Shown here in pieces: positions 10,901 through 22,815 of a stretch of DNA of 64,000 nt. A program made the translations under genes and the position numbers. Under the pieces are notes generated by a model, which was not told the DNA's origin, did no database searches, and saw only the letters and a list, made by a program, of their open reading frames with translations. Numbering within the stretch: position 1 is the stretch's first letter; each line of letters starts with the position of its first letter. The DNA is from Eutreptiella sp. 'Long Island Sound 2002' (Eukaryota; Protista; Euglenida): contig OZ038378.1 of assembly GCA_964036045.1 (NCBI GenBank), positions 49,662,001 to 49,726,000 of the forward strand, given 5' to 3'.

Positions 10901-13900
10901 TTTTGGGGGGTCCCTCGGGATGAGTCAATTCGGCATTACTTTTCATGTACCATTAAAGGAGTCTGTCATGACGTTTGTGATTGCGGAAATCTCATGGGTT
11001 GTGCCTTTTGAGGGGTCTCTTTGGATGGCATAATTACTTCAGATGTTTCATTGCATAAGTGTTTCAATATTGGTCATGATGGCATCTCTTGGGATGTGCT
11101 TGTCATTGCGGGATTGTTTTGGAATATGTCATGGGTTTTTTCTCTTAGAATGTGCCAATACAACACTCTCTGAAGCATTGTCATCGGGGTATTTTATCGA
11201 GATGCCAAAGGGGGGGGGGTTCAGGTCCGCAATTTTTCGTGATTTCCCGCAACTTGGCAAATTTTGGCAATTTTTGGCAACATATCGCAATTTTTTGCAA
11301 TTTTTGCACAATTTTTCCTCAATTGCTTTCAGCGTGTGCACTTTGTGTGCTTGTTGGTGCCCTTCCCCTTTGCGAACAGCTGTTGTATGTCTCCACATGT
11401 GGCATTGAAGGGTTCTCTTACGATGTAGTAGTACAACAAGCTCTTGGGATGTACTTCCTATTTCTTGGCCTATATTATTGCGGTGCTTCCTTTGGATGTG
11501 CCATTGTCGCATTCTGTTGGGATGGTACACACTGTTGGGATATATACATTCTTTTCAGATGTATGATTCTAGCAGTCTCTTTACGGGGCAAACTCTTGGG
11601 ATCTCCGGCATCAGGGACAATTTGCGCTGATGTGTGATGGCTTTGAGCCATGGAATGTCGCATTGGGGGAACGGGCAATGTCTTAGCATGCATCAATCGG
11701 GCCATCTCTTGGGATGTGCCCTGAGGGCGATATCTCACAATATGCCATTGGGGCATTCCTTTGGCTACTCATATTGGGAAACTATAGGCATTGTAGAATG
11801 GGTGACATTTTGCTGCAACATTGGGACAACATGAGAAGGAACAATGACAACAATATAGGGATCATTGCTTCTGATAAAAAATGTTCCCGAGGGGTCATTC
11901 TTTTCAGGCAAAATTTGAAACTTTGTGTACAGGGGCAGAGGAAGAGCATAAAGCCATGTTGCATCATGGCGGTGTAGAGGACCTATTTATGCAACAGGCA
12001 ATTTCCAATGGTGGATGATCCCGTGGTCGAGACCCAATCTGTGAAAATACCCATCCCGGAGGGATTTCGGCGCGCCAGAATGGTGTGTCGCATATCTCCG
12101 AATTTCCACCAGCTAGCGAAGGCAACATCTTCGTGGAGGCAGATCCACAAGTATTTGCTTACGAAAATGTGCTTCCCGGATGTTGCGCCAGTGGTGGAGT
12201 CTCTGGGGATGTGGCATGGTAGCACGTTTTTGGATGTGCAATTGGGGCAATCTTCTTTGGTGTATCATTGGGGACATTCCTTGTGGTGCCACATTGGGGG
12301 ATTCACTTACCCTGTGCCATGGGAGGAGTCTTTGGAACGCCTCATGGAGACAATCGCTTGACATGTGTCATTGCTGGGATGATTTGGGGTGCCCCTCTCT
12401 AGGAGTCTCCTAAGATGTGTCCTTAGGGCACTCGTTTGGGAGAATTTCAATGGCGCAACCTATTGGAATATGTCATTTTGGGGGGTCCCTCGGGATGAGT
12501 CAATTCGGCATTACTTTTCATGTGCCATTAAAGGAGTCTGTCATGACGTTTGTGATTGCGGAAATCTCATGGGTTGTGCCTTTTGAGGGGTCTCTTTGGA
12601 TGGCATAATTACTCCAGATGTTTCATTGCATAAGTGTTTCAATATTGGTCATGATGGCATCTCTTGGGATGTGCTTGTCATTGCGGGATTGTTTTGGAAT
12701 ATGTCATGGGTTTTTTCTCTTAGAATGTGCCAATACAACACTCTCTGAAGCATTGTCATCGGGGTATTTTATCGAGATGCCAAAGGGGGGGGGTTCAGGT
12801 CCGCAATTTTTCGTGATTTCCCGCAACTTGGCAAATTTTGGCAATTTTTGGCAACATATCGCAATTTTTTGCAATTTCCCACAATTTTTCCTCAATTGCT
12901 TTCAGCGTGTGCACTTTGTGTGCTTGTTGGTGCCCTTCCCCTTTGCGAACAGCTGTTGTATGTCTCCACATGTGGCATTGAAGGGTTCTCTTACGATGTA
13001 GTAGTACAACAAGCTCTTGGGATGTACTTCCTATTTCTTGGCCTATATTATTGCGGTGCTTCTTTTGGATGTGCCATTGTCGCATTCTGTTGGGATGGTA
13101 CACACTGTTGGGATATATACATTCTTTTCAGATGTATGATTCTAGCAGTCTCTTTACGGGGCAAACTCTTGGGATCTCCGGCATCAGGGACAATTTGCGC
13201 TGATGTGTGATGGCTTTGAGCCATGGAATGTCGCATTGGGGGAACGGGCAATTTTTTAGCATGCATCAATCGGGCCATCTCTTGGGATGTGCCCTGAGGG
13301 CGATATCTCACAATATGCCATTGGGGCATTCCTGTGGCTACTCGTATTGGGAAACTATAGGCATTGTAGAATGGGTGACATTTTGCTGCAACATTGGGAC
13401 AACATGAGAAGGAACAATGACAACAATATAGGGATCATTGCTTCTGATAAAAAATGTTCCCGAGGGGTCATTCTTTTCAGGCAAAATTTGAAACTTTGTG
13501 TACAGGGGCAGAGGAAGAGCATAAAGCCATGTTGCATCATGGCGGTGTAGAGGACCTATTTATGCCACAGGCAATTTCCAATGGTGGATGATCCCGTGGT
13601 CGAGACCCAATCTGTGAAAATACCCATCCCGGAGGGATTTCGGCGCGCCAGAATAGTGTGTCGCATATCTCCGAATTTCCACCAGCTAGCGAAGGCAACA
13701 TCTTCGTGGAGGCAGATCCACAAGTATTTGCTTACGAAAATGTGCTTCCCGGATGTTGCGCCATTGGTGGAGTCTCTGGGGATGTGGCATGGTAGCACGT
13801 TTTTGGATGTGCAATTGGGGCAATCTTCTTTGGTGTATCATTGGGGACATTCCTTGTGGTGCCACATTGGGGGATTCACTTACCCTGTGCCATGGGAGGA

Positions 13901-16900
13901 GTCTTTGGAACGCCTCATGGAGACAATCGCTTGACATGTGTCATTGCTGGGATGATTTGGGGTGCCCCTCTCTAGGAGTCTCCTAAGATGTGTCCTTAGG
14001 GCACTCGTTTGGGAGAATTTCAATGGCGCAACCTATTGGAATATGTCATTTTGGGGGGTCCCTCGGGATGAGTCAATTCGGCATTACTTTTCATGTACCA
14101 TTAAAGGAGTCTGTCATGACGTTTGTGATTGCGGAAATCTCATGGGTTGTGCCTTTTGAGGGGTCTCTTTGGATGGCATAATTACTTCAGATGTTTCATT
14201 GCATAAGTGTTTCAATATTGGTCATGATGGCATCTCTTGGGATGTGCTTGTCATTGCGGGATTGTTTTGGAATATGTCATGGGTTTTTTCTCTTAGAATG
14301 TGCCAATACAACACTCTCTGAAGCATTGTCATCGGGGTATTTTATCGAGATGCCAAAGGGGGGGGGGGTTCAGGTCCGCAATTTTTCGTGATTTCCCGCA
14401 ACTTGGCAAATTTTGGCAATTTTTGGCAACATATCGCAATTTTTTGCAATTTTTGCACAATTTTTCCTCAATTGCTTTCAGCGTGTGCACTTTGTGTGCT
14501 TGTTGGTGCCCTTCCCCTTTGCGAACAGCTGTTGTATGTCTCCACATGTGGCATTGAAGGGTTCTCTTACGATGTAGTAGTACAACAAGCTCTTGGGATG
14601 TACTTCCTATTTCTTGGCCTATATTATTGCGGTGCTTCCTTTGGATGTGCCATTGTCGCATTCTGTTGGGATGGTACACACTGTTGGGATATATACATTC
14701 TTTTCAGATGTATGATTCTAGCAGTCTCTTTACGGGGCAAACTCTTGGGATCTCCGGCATCAGGGACAATTTGCGCTGATGTGTGATGGCTTTGAGCCAT
14801 GGAATGTCGCATTGGGGGAACGGGCAATGTCTTAGCATGCATCAATCGGGCCATCTCTTGGGATGTGCCCTGAGGGCGATATCTCACAATATGCCATTGG
14901 GGCATTCCTTTGGCTACTCATATTGGGAAACTATAGGCATTGTAGAATGGGTGACATTTTGCTGCAACATTGGGACAACATGAGAAGGAACAATGACAAC
15001 AATATAGGGATCATTGCTTCTGATAAAAAATGTTCCCGAGGGGTCATTCTTTTGAGGCAAAACTTGAAACTTTGTGTACAGGGGCAGAGGAAGAGCATAA
15101 AGCCATGTTGCATCATGGCGGTGTAGAGGACCTATTTATGCAACAGGCAATTTCCAATGGTGGATGATCCCGTGGTCGAGACCCAATCTGTGAAAATACC
15201 CATCCCGGAGGGATTTCGGCGCGCCAGAATGGTGTGTCGCATATCTCCGAATTTGCACCAGCTAGCGAAGGCAACATCTTCGTGGAGGCAGATCCACAAG
15301 TATTTGCTTACGAAAATGTGCTTCCCGGATGTTGCGCCAGTGGTGGAGTCTCTGGGGATGTGGCATGGTAGCACGTTTTTGGATGTGCAATTGGGGCAAT
15401 CTTCTTTGGTGTATCATTGGGGACATTCCTTGTGGTGCCACATTGGGGGATTCACTTACCCTGTGCCATGGGAGGAGTCTTTGGAACGCCTCATGGAGAC
15501 AATCGCTTGACATGTGTCATTGGTGGGATGATTTGGGGTGCCCCTCTCTAGGAGTCTCCTAAGATGTGTCCTTAGGGCACTCGTTTGGGAGAATTTCAAT
15601 GGCGCAACCTATTGGAATATGTCATTTTGGGGGGTCCCTCGGGATGAGTCAATTCGGCATTACTTTTCATGTGCCATTAAAGGAGTCTGTCATGACGTTT
15701 GTGATTGCGGAAATCTCATGGGTTGTGCCTTTTGAGGGGTCTCTTTGGATGGCATAATTACTTCAGATGTTTCATTGCATAAGTGTTTCAATATTGGTCA
15801 TGATGGCATCTCTTGGGATGTGCTTGTCATTGCGGGATTGTTTTGGAATATGTCATGGGTTTTTTCTCTTAGAATGTGCCAATACAACACTCTCTGAAGC
15901 ATTGTCATCGGGGTATTTTATCGAGATGCCAAAGGGGGGGGGGTTCAGGTCCGCAATTTTTCGTGATTTCCCGCAACTTGGCAAATTTTGGCAATTTTTG
16001 GCAACATATCGCAATTTTTTGCTATTTTGCACAATTTTTCCTCAATTGCTTTCAGCGTGTGCACTTTGTGTGCTTGTTGGTGCCCTTCCCCTTTGCGAAC
16101 AGCTGTTGTATGTCTCCACATGTGGCATTGAAGGGTTCTCTTACGATGTAGTAGTACAACAAGCTCTTGGGATGTACTTCCTATTTCTTGGCCTATATTA
16201 TTGCGGTGCTTCCTTTGGATGTGCCATTGTCGCATTCTGTTGGGATGGTACACACTGTTGGGATATATACATTCTTTTCAGATGTATGATTCTAGCAGTC
16301 TCTTTACGGGGCAAACTCTTGGGATCTCCGGCATTAGGGACAATTTGCGCTGATGTGTGATGGCTTTGAGCCATGGAATGTCGCATTGGGGGAACGGGCA
16401 ATGTCTTAGCATGCATCAATCGGGCCATCTCTTGGGATGTGCCCTGAGGGCGATATCTCACAATATGCCATTGGGGCATTCCTTTGGCTACTCATATTGG
16501 GAAACTATAGGCATTGTAGAATGGGTGACATTTTGCTGCAAAATTGGGACAACATGAGAAGGAACAATGACAACAATATAGGGATCATTGCTTCTGATAA
16601 AAAATGTTCCCGAGGGGTCATTCTTTTGAGGCAAAATTTGAAACTTTGTGTACAGGGGCAGAGGAAGAGCATAAAGCCATGTTGCATCATGGCGGTGTAG
16701 AGGACCTATTTTTGCAACAGGCAATTTCCAATGGTGGATGATCCCGTGGTCGAGACCCAATCTGTGAAAATACCCATCCCGGAGGGATTTCGGCGCGCCA
16801 GAATGGTGTGTCGCATATCTCCGAATTTCCACCAGCTAGCGAAGGCAACATCTTCGTGGAGGCAGATCCACAAGTATTTGCTTACGAAAATGTGCTTCCC

Positions 16901-18883
16901 GGATGTTGCGCCATTGGTGGAGTCTCTGGGGATGTGGCATGGTAGCACGTTTTTGGATGTGCAATTGGGGCAATCTTCTTTGGTGTATCATTGGGGACAT
17001 TCCTTGTGGTGCCACATTGGGGGATTCACTTACCCTGTGCCATGGGAGGAGTCTTTGGAACGCCTCATGGAGACAATCGCTTGACATGTGTCATTGCTGG
17101 GATGATTTGGGGTGCCCCTCTCTAGGAGTCTCCTAAGATGTGTCCTTAGGGCACTCGTTTGGGAGAATTTCAATGGCGCAACCTATTGGAATATGTCATT
17201 TTGGGGGGTCCCTCGGGATGAGTCAATTCGGCATTACTTCTCATGTACCATTAAAGGAGTCTGTCATGACGTTTGTGATTGCGGAAATCTCATGGGTTGT
17301 GCCTTTTGAGGGGTCTCTTTGGATGGCATAATTACTTCAGATGTTTCATTGCATAAGTGTTTCAATATTGGTCATGATGGCATCTCTTGGGATGTGCTTG
17401 TCATTGCGGGATTGTTTTGGAATATGTCATGGGTTTTTTCTCTTAGAATGTGCCAATACAACACTCTCTGAAGCATTGTCATCGGGGTATTTTGTCGAGA
17501 TGCCAAAGGGGGGGGGCTCAGGTCCGCAATTTTTCGTGATTTCCCGCAACTTGGCAAATTTTGGCAAATTTTGGCAACATATCGCAATTTTTTGCAATTT
17601 TCCACAATTTTTCCTCAATTGCTTTCAGCGTGTGCACTTTGTGTGCTTGTTGGTGCCCTTCCCCTTTGCGAACAGCTGTTGTATGTCTCCACATGTGGCA
17701 TTGAACGGTTCTCTTACGATGTAGTAGTACAACAAGCTCTTGGGATGTACTTCCTATTTCTTGGCCTATATTATTGCGGTGCTTCCTTTGGATGTGCCAT
17801 TGTCGCATTCTGTTGGGATGGTACACACTGTTGGGATATATACATTCTTTTCAGATGTATGATTCTAGCAGTCTCTTTACGGGGCAAACTCTTGGGATCT
17901 CCGGCATTAGGGACAATTTGCGCTGATGTGTGATGGCTTTGAGCCATGGAATGTCGCATTGGGGGAACGGGCAATGTCTTAGCATGCATCAATCGGGCCA
18001 TCTCTTGGGATGTGCCCTGAGGGCGATATCTCACAATATGCCATTGGGGCATTCCTGTGGCTACTCATATTGGGAAACTATAGGCATTGTAGAATGGGTG
18101 ACATTTTGCTGCAAAATTGGGACAACATGAGAAGGAACAATGACAACAATATAGGGATCATTGCTTCTGATAAAAAATGTTCCCGAGGGGTCATTCTTTT
18201 GAGGCAAAATTTGAAACTTTGTGTACAGGGGCAGAGGAAGAGCATAAAGCCATGTTGCATCATGGCGGTGTAGAGGACCTATTTATGCAACAGGCAATTT
18301 CCAATGGTGGATGATCCCGTGGTCGAGACCCAATCTGTGAAAATACCCATCCCGGAGGGATTTCGGCGCGCCAGAATGGTGTGTCGCATATCTCCGAATT
18401 TGCACCAGCTAGCGAAGGCAACATCTTCGTGGAGGCAGATCCACAAGTATTTGCTTACGAAAATGTGCTTCCCGGATGTTGCGCCATTGGTGGAGTCTCT
18501 GGGGATGTGGCATGGTAGCACGTTTTTGGATGTGCAATTGGGGCAATCTTCTTTGGTGTATCATTGGGGACATTCCTTGTGGTGCCACATTGGGGGATTC
18601 ACTTACCCTGTGCCATGGGAGGAGTCTTTGGAACGCCTCATGGAGACAATCGCTTGACATGTGTCATTGCTGGGATGATTTGGGGTGCCCCTCTCTAGGA
18701 GTCTCCTAAGATGTGTCCTTAGGGCACTCGTTTGGGAGAATTTCAATGGCGCAACCTATTGGAATATGTCATTTTGGGGGGTCCCTCGGGATGAGTCAAT
18801 TCGGCATTACTTTTCATGTACCATTAAAGGAGTCTGTCATGACGTTTGTGATTGCGGAAATCTCATGGGTTGTGCCTTTTGAG

Positions 18884-19093
18884 GGGTCTCTTTGGATGGC
18901 ATAATTACTTCAGATGTTTCATTGCATAAGTGGTTCAATATTGGTCATGATGGCATCTCTTGGGATGTGCTTGTCATCGCGGGATTAGGGGTCTCTTTGG
19001 ATGGCATAATTCCTTCAGATGTTTCATTGCATAAGTGTTTCAATATTGGTCATGATGGCATCTCTTGGGATGTGCTTGTCATTGTGGGATTGT
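18884..19093 (+). repeat. 105-bp internal tandem duplication in unit 8
   Basis: GGGTCTCTTTGGATGGCATAATT starts at both 18884 and 18989, with the same CGGGATTAG|GGGTCTC junction as unit 1. Confidence 0.95.
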
Positions 19094-19185
19094 TTTGGAA
19101 TATGTCATGGGTTTTTTCTCTTAGAATGTGCCAATACAACACTCTCTGAAGCATTGTCATCGGGGTATTTTGTCGAGATGCCAAA

Positions 19186-19655
19186 GGGGGGGGGGGGTTC
19201 AGGTCCGCAATTTTTCGTGATTTCCCGCCACTTGGCAAATTTTGGCAATTTTTGGCAACATATCGCAATTTTCTGCAATTTTCCACAATTTTTCCTCAAT
19301 TGCTTTCAGCGTGTGCATTTTGTGTGCTTGTTGGTGCCCTTCCCCTTTGCGAACAGCTGTTGTACAACAATATGCCTCAATGTTCTCCTGCCCCCCCCAA
19401 ACGGACTGAATTATGCTTCAATTTCATGGTGATATGGAGGGCCCCTTGTTGTTGTAATTCTGATACTCGTGGACAATTCGATCTGTTTCAACATTCTGAG
19501 GGTCCCATGCAGAAATGTTGCTCCTTGGGGCTTCGGGAGGTTCGGTTTCGTTTGGGTACAACACAGCAATTTTCCGGCAATTTTACCGCATTTTCCCGCA
19601 ATTTTCCCGCAAATTTTTGGCAATGGGATTGGACCCTCTTTGGCCGCAAGCCCCC
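19186..19655 (+). mobile_element. Poly-G-headed element with GCAATTTT clusters; only its first ~180 bp is copied into each satellite unit
   Basis: A G-run followed by TTCAGGTCCGCAATTTT. GCAATTTT(T/C) clusters lie at ~19206-19300 and ~19566-19625, and the element appears to end at GGACCCTCTTTGGCCGCAAGCCCCC. Mobility is inferred from structure only. Confidence 0.45.
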
Positions 19656-19884
19656 AAGTCTCTCACAATGTATCGCTACAATGCACAATTTGTTGGATAG
19701 GTGAGTGTGGGAGAGGGGAGAGTGAGGAGACTTCGGAACCCCCTACTTCAACCACACCCCAGCCCGACCGGCCCGAAGGGTGGGCAAGCTAGTTGCTAAC
19801 CGCAAGTACGAGTGGGAGTCCCCGTTGAAGACCTCTTCAGATGAGGAGGTTGGGGGGAGAAAAAGGCAAGCGCTGCCCCGCCAC

Positions 19885-20200
19885 ATCCTAATAGACTCCT
19901 CCTATGGAGCAAAATCGAAAAAGATGCCCCCAATGACACATTGTGACAGATCGCCCTAATGGCACATCCCAAGAGATGGCCCGATTGATGCATGCTAAGA
20001 CATAGCCCCTTCCCCCAGTGCCACATTCTATAGATTACAACCAGCACACATCACCGCAAATTGTCCCGAACGCTTCCCAAGAATTTGCCCGTAAAGAGAC
20101 CGGTACGATGATGTACACAAACCACCAGCATATATCCCAGCACATGTAAGAATATATATACGTCCCAAAAGAGTTGGAGGCACACTAAAAAGTGGCACCG
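19885..20200 (-). repeat. Inverted, diverged fragment of the macrosatellite unit
   Basis: The reverse complement contains ATGTCTTAGCATGCATCAATCGGGCCATCTCTTGGGATGTGCC, identical to 6850-6892. ORF 19796..20047(-) LCLSMHQSGHLLGCAIRAI matches the unit ORF CLSMHQSGHLLGCALRAI. Confidence 0.9.
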
Positions 20201-20355
20201 TCAAAAAGCGCACGTCAAGCTCAATGCCGGCACTCGTCCCGCGGTCATGCTCTCGGGCACTTGGTCACAAGTCCAGGTGCCCTTGTTCTCGCTATTGCAG
20301 CGAATAAGACAAATGTAGCAGGTGGCGAAATACCAATGTTAGGGCCGGTGGGCAT

Positions 20356-20660
20356 GGCTCCTGCTGCTTGATCCGCCCCGGATGATCCAGTCCGGGGCGT
20401 CAGGCCGCCTCTTGTCCCCGGATGATCCAGTCCGGGGGGCGGCGGCTCCTGCTGCTTGGTCCGTCCCGGATGATCCAGTCCAGGGCGTCTGGCCGCCGCT
20501 TGTTCCCGGATGATCCAGTCCACGGGGCGGGGGCTCCTGCTGCTTGATCCGCCCTGGATGACCCAGTGCGGGGCGTCTGGACTCCTTTCTCCGCATGTTG
20601 CTGCCGTTTTGTTTTGGCCGCTCCTTCTTGCTTTGCCCCGGATGATCCAGTCCAGGGCAC
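20356..20660 (+). repeat. 88-bp minisatellite (~3 units), each with two CCGGATGATCCAG cores
   Basis: GGCTCCTGCTGCTTG starts at 20356, 20444 and 20532; a further core lies near 20638. Confidence 0.9.
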
Positions 20661-20959
20661 TCCATGGCCTCGTCACAGCATTGTAGCATCACCACGGCCT
20701 CGTCCTGGTGTCTTCTTTACTACATCACCACAGGCTCCTCCTCTTCGCTGCTTCACTGCTTCTCCTCGGCCTGGGCAGGGGAGGAGAATAGGGGCTGGTC
20801 CGCTTAGTGGCCCTCCTCCAAGCCACACGGACCACGGAATGAGGGCTGCCTTCATATGACATCTGCCGATTGCAGCCACAGGGCTTTCATTGGCCTGTGC
20901 AGCAGCACCACCTACGGATGTTTGGGGGCCGAGGGGCTTGCAACCACCTATACCGCATC

Positions 20960-21290
20960 CCCCCCCCCCCCTATGGTCCCCCCCCTCTTCCACTACAACC
21001 TCGCCATCCTCCTCTTTCAATCCCCCGCCCCTTTGCCCCCGCTCCCTACACTCTCCCCGTTTGGCCTCCTTGTCCCTTCTCTTTTTCTCCTTGTTCCTCT
21101 GCTTTTTCTCATGCTTCCTCTTCTTCTGCGGCGATCCAATGGACTCAATGGACAATGGAGTGTTGCTCGTGTTGGGGGGTGATACTTGTGATGCTTGAGC
21201 TGGGTGTGCTAGTGTTGGTGATGGTGGTGGTGGTGGTGCTGCTGATGATGCATGAGCAACTTGTTGCAAACGTGCCTCCACTTGCTGCCT
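20960..21290 (-). CDS. Candidate exon (Pro/Ser-rich, then basic NLS-like) of an unknown gene
   Basis: Minus-strand acceptor TTTTTTCTTGTTGCAG| at 21290, followed by RQQVEARLQQVAHASSAAPPPPPSP...SPQKKRKHEKKQRNKEKKRRDKEAKR. Protein-like quality degrades beyond the poly-C/G run at 20959-20970. Confidence 0.3.
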
Positions 21291-22261
21291 CTGCAACAAG
21301 AAAAAAGGGAAAATGCCTAAATTAGTTCATGCACCCCCAAGATTAATTTCTCCAAACTAATATTGATTTGTTATTTTTTGTGTTAACTATGCAAGATGAA
21401 TTGCCGTTGTTGTGAATGCTCTCGACAAATTACATGAAAAGAACCCAATATTATATATTATTATTATATATTATTGTATATTATGTATTATATATTGTCT
21501 ACAGAAGCAAGCAAAAACACGGCACAAGCACACGAGGAATGCGCTTTGGATCTTGATCATGCTCTCGAGCATCTATCGCAGGCCTTGGGGCTCCATGTAC
21601 GGGTGAAAGAAGAGCTAGGGGTGCCAAGGAGTGAGTAAAGGGGAGAGGGTTGGGGGTGTCCATGTGGGCAGCCATGTTCAAGGGGCCGCATGAGGGGTCC
21701 TGTAGTTGGGCAATGACAAGTCAAAGTTATAAGAATCACCACTCCTAAACGTGCAGCACCACCTCTACCTGCTGTTCCACGGCTGTCCCCCCCCCCCCCC
21801 CAAGGTGGTGTGATCATTGTAGGCCCTTTTCAGGATTGCGTTGAGGCTCTCAACGACATGTGTGTATGCTGCGGCCAACCCAACCCCTAGACACCCTTCA
21901 TTGGCCACCGCCGTGGTTACCTCGTCCTCCAAGTACGGGAGGTAGCCGGACTAGCAATTGGTGTTGCGGCACCACAACCAGTACTCACACCAACCTGTAT
22001 CGCCTGCAGATCCTTGTGAGGCGCAATGCAACCCCTGTACCATCCCATTGCAAAACATTTCAACAAGTGAAAACCCCGATTGGCCATGGTATGGACATGA
22101 AAAAATAATTGCAAATAACCCAAAATTGTGTTACCGTGTTAATTTCTGGAGCATTAACATGAAGCCCCCTTCATTTATGAAAAATTAAATGCAGCAATAT
22201 TGTTAATCAGGGTCCCTTAGGATATGATATCCTATTAATTCACACCATATCATATTGCATC

Positions 22262-22815
22262 ATGTGATATGATATGATATGATATGATATGATATGATAT
22301 GATATGATATGATATGATATGATATGATATGATATGATATGATATGATATGATATGATATGATATGATATGATATGATATGATATGATATGATATGATAT
22401 GATATGATATGATATGATATGATATGATATGATATGATATGGTATGGTATGATGTGATGTGATGTGATGTGATGTGATGTGATGTGATGTGATTTGATAT
22501 GACATGATATGATATGATATGATACAATACGATACGATGCGATACGATACGATGCGATACGATACGATACGATGCGATGCGATACGATACGATACGATAC
22601 GATACGATACGATACGATACGATGCGATGCGATGCGATGCGATGCGATGCGATGCGATGCGATGCGATGCGATGCGATAGGATGCGATGCGATGCGATAC
22701 GATACGATACGATACGATACAATACGATATGATACGATACGATACGATACGATACGATACGATACGATACGATACGATACGATACGATATGGTATGGTAT
22801 GGTATGGTATGATGT
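22262..22815 (+). repeat. Compound pentanucleotide microsatellite (GATAT/GATGT/GATAC/GATGC/GGTAT blocks)
   Basis: Directly visible; the 5-bp phase is kept throughout. Confidence 0.98.

Larger units (their letters stand above)
6561..19364 (+). repeat. Macrosatellite: eight near-identical tandem units of ~1574 bp
   Basis: Units start with TGTCTCCACATGTGG at 6561, 8239, 9813, 11388, 12961, 14537, 16111 and 17684 and end with GAACAGCTGTTGTA. Lengths are 1678, 1574, 1575, 1573, 1576, 1574, 1573 and 1681. The same short ORFs recur at this period in the ORF track. Confidence 0.98.

Noticed and set aside
6561-19364. The ~100 short ORFs in the macrosatellite as a tandem gene array (or an SL-RNA, 5S or snRNA repeat)
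   Set aside because: The ORFs overlap in all frames, change frame with poly-G length and show no domain. I saw no 5S, spliced-leader or snRNA signature; an Infernal/Rfam scan would be decisive.
6561-19364. Helitron or rolling-circle tandem array
   Set aside because: No 5'-TC / 3'-CTRR ends or A|T insertion site on either strand. The right end simply continues into the untruncated element.
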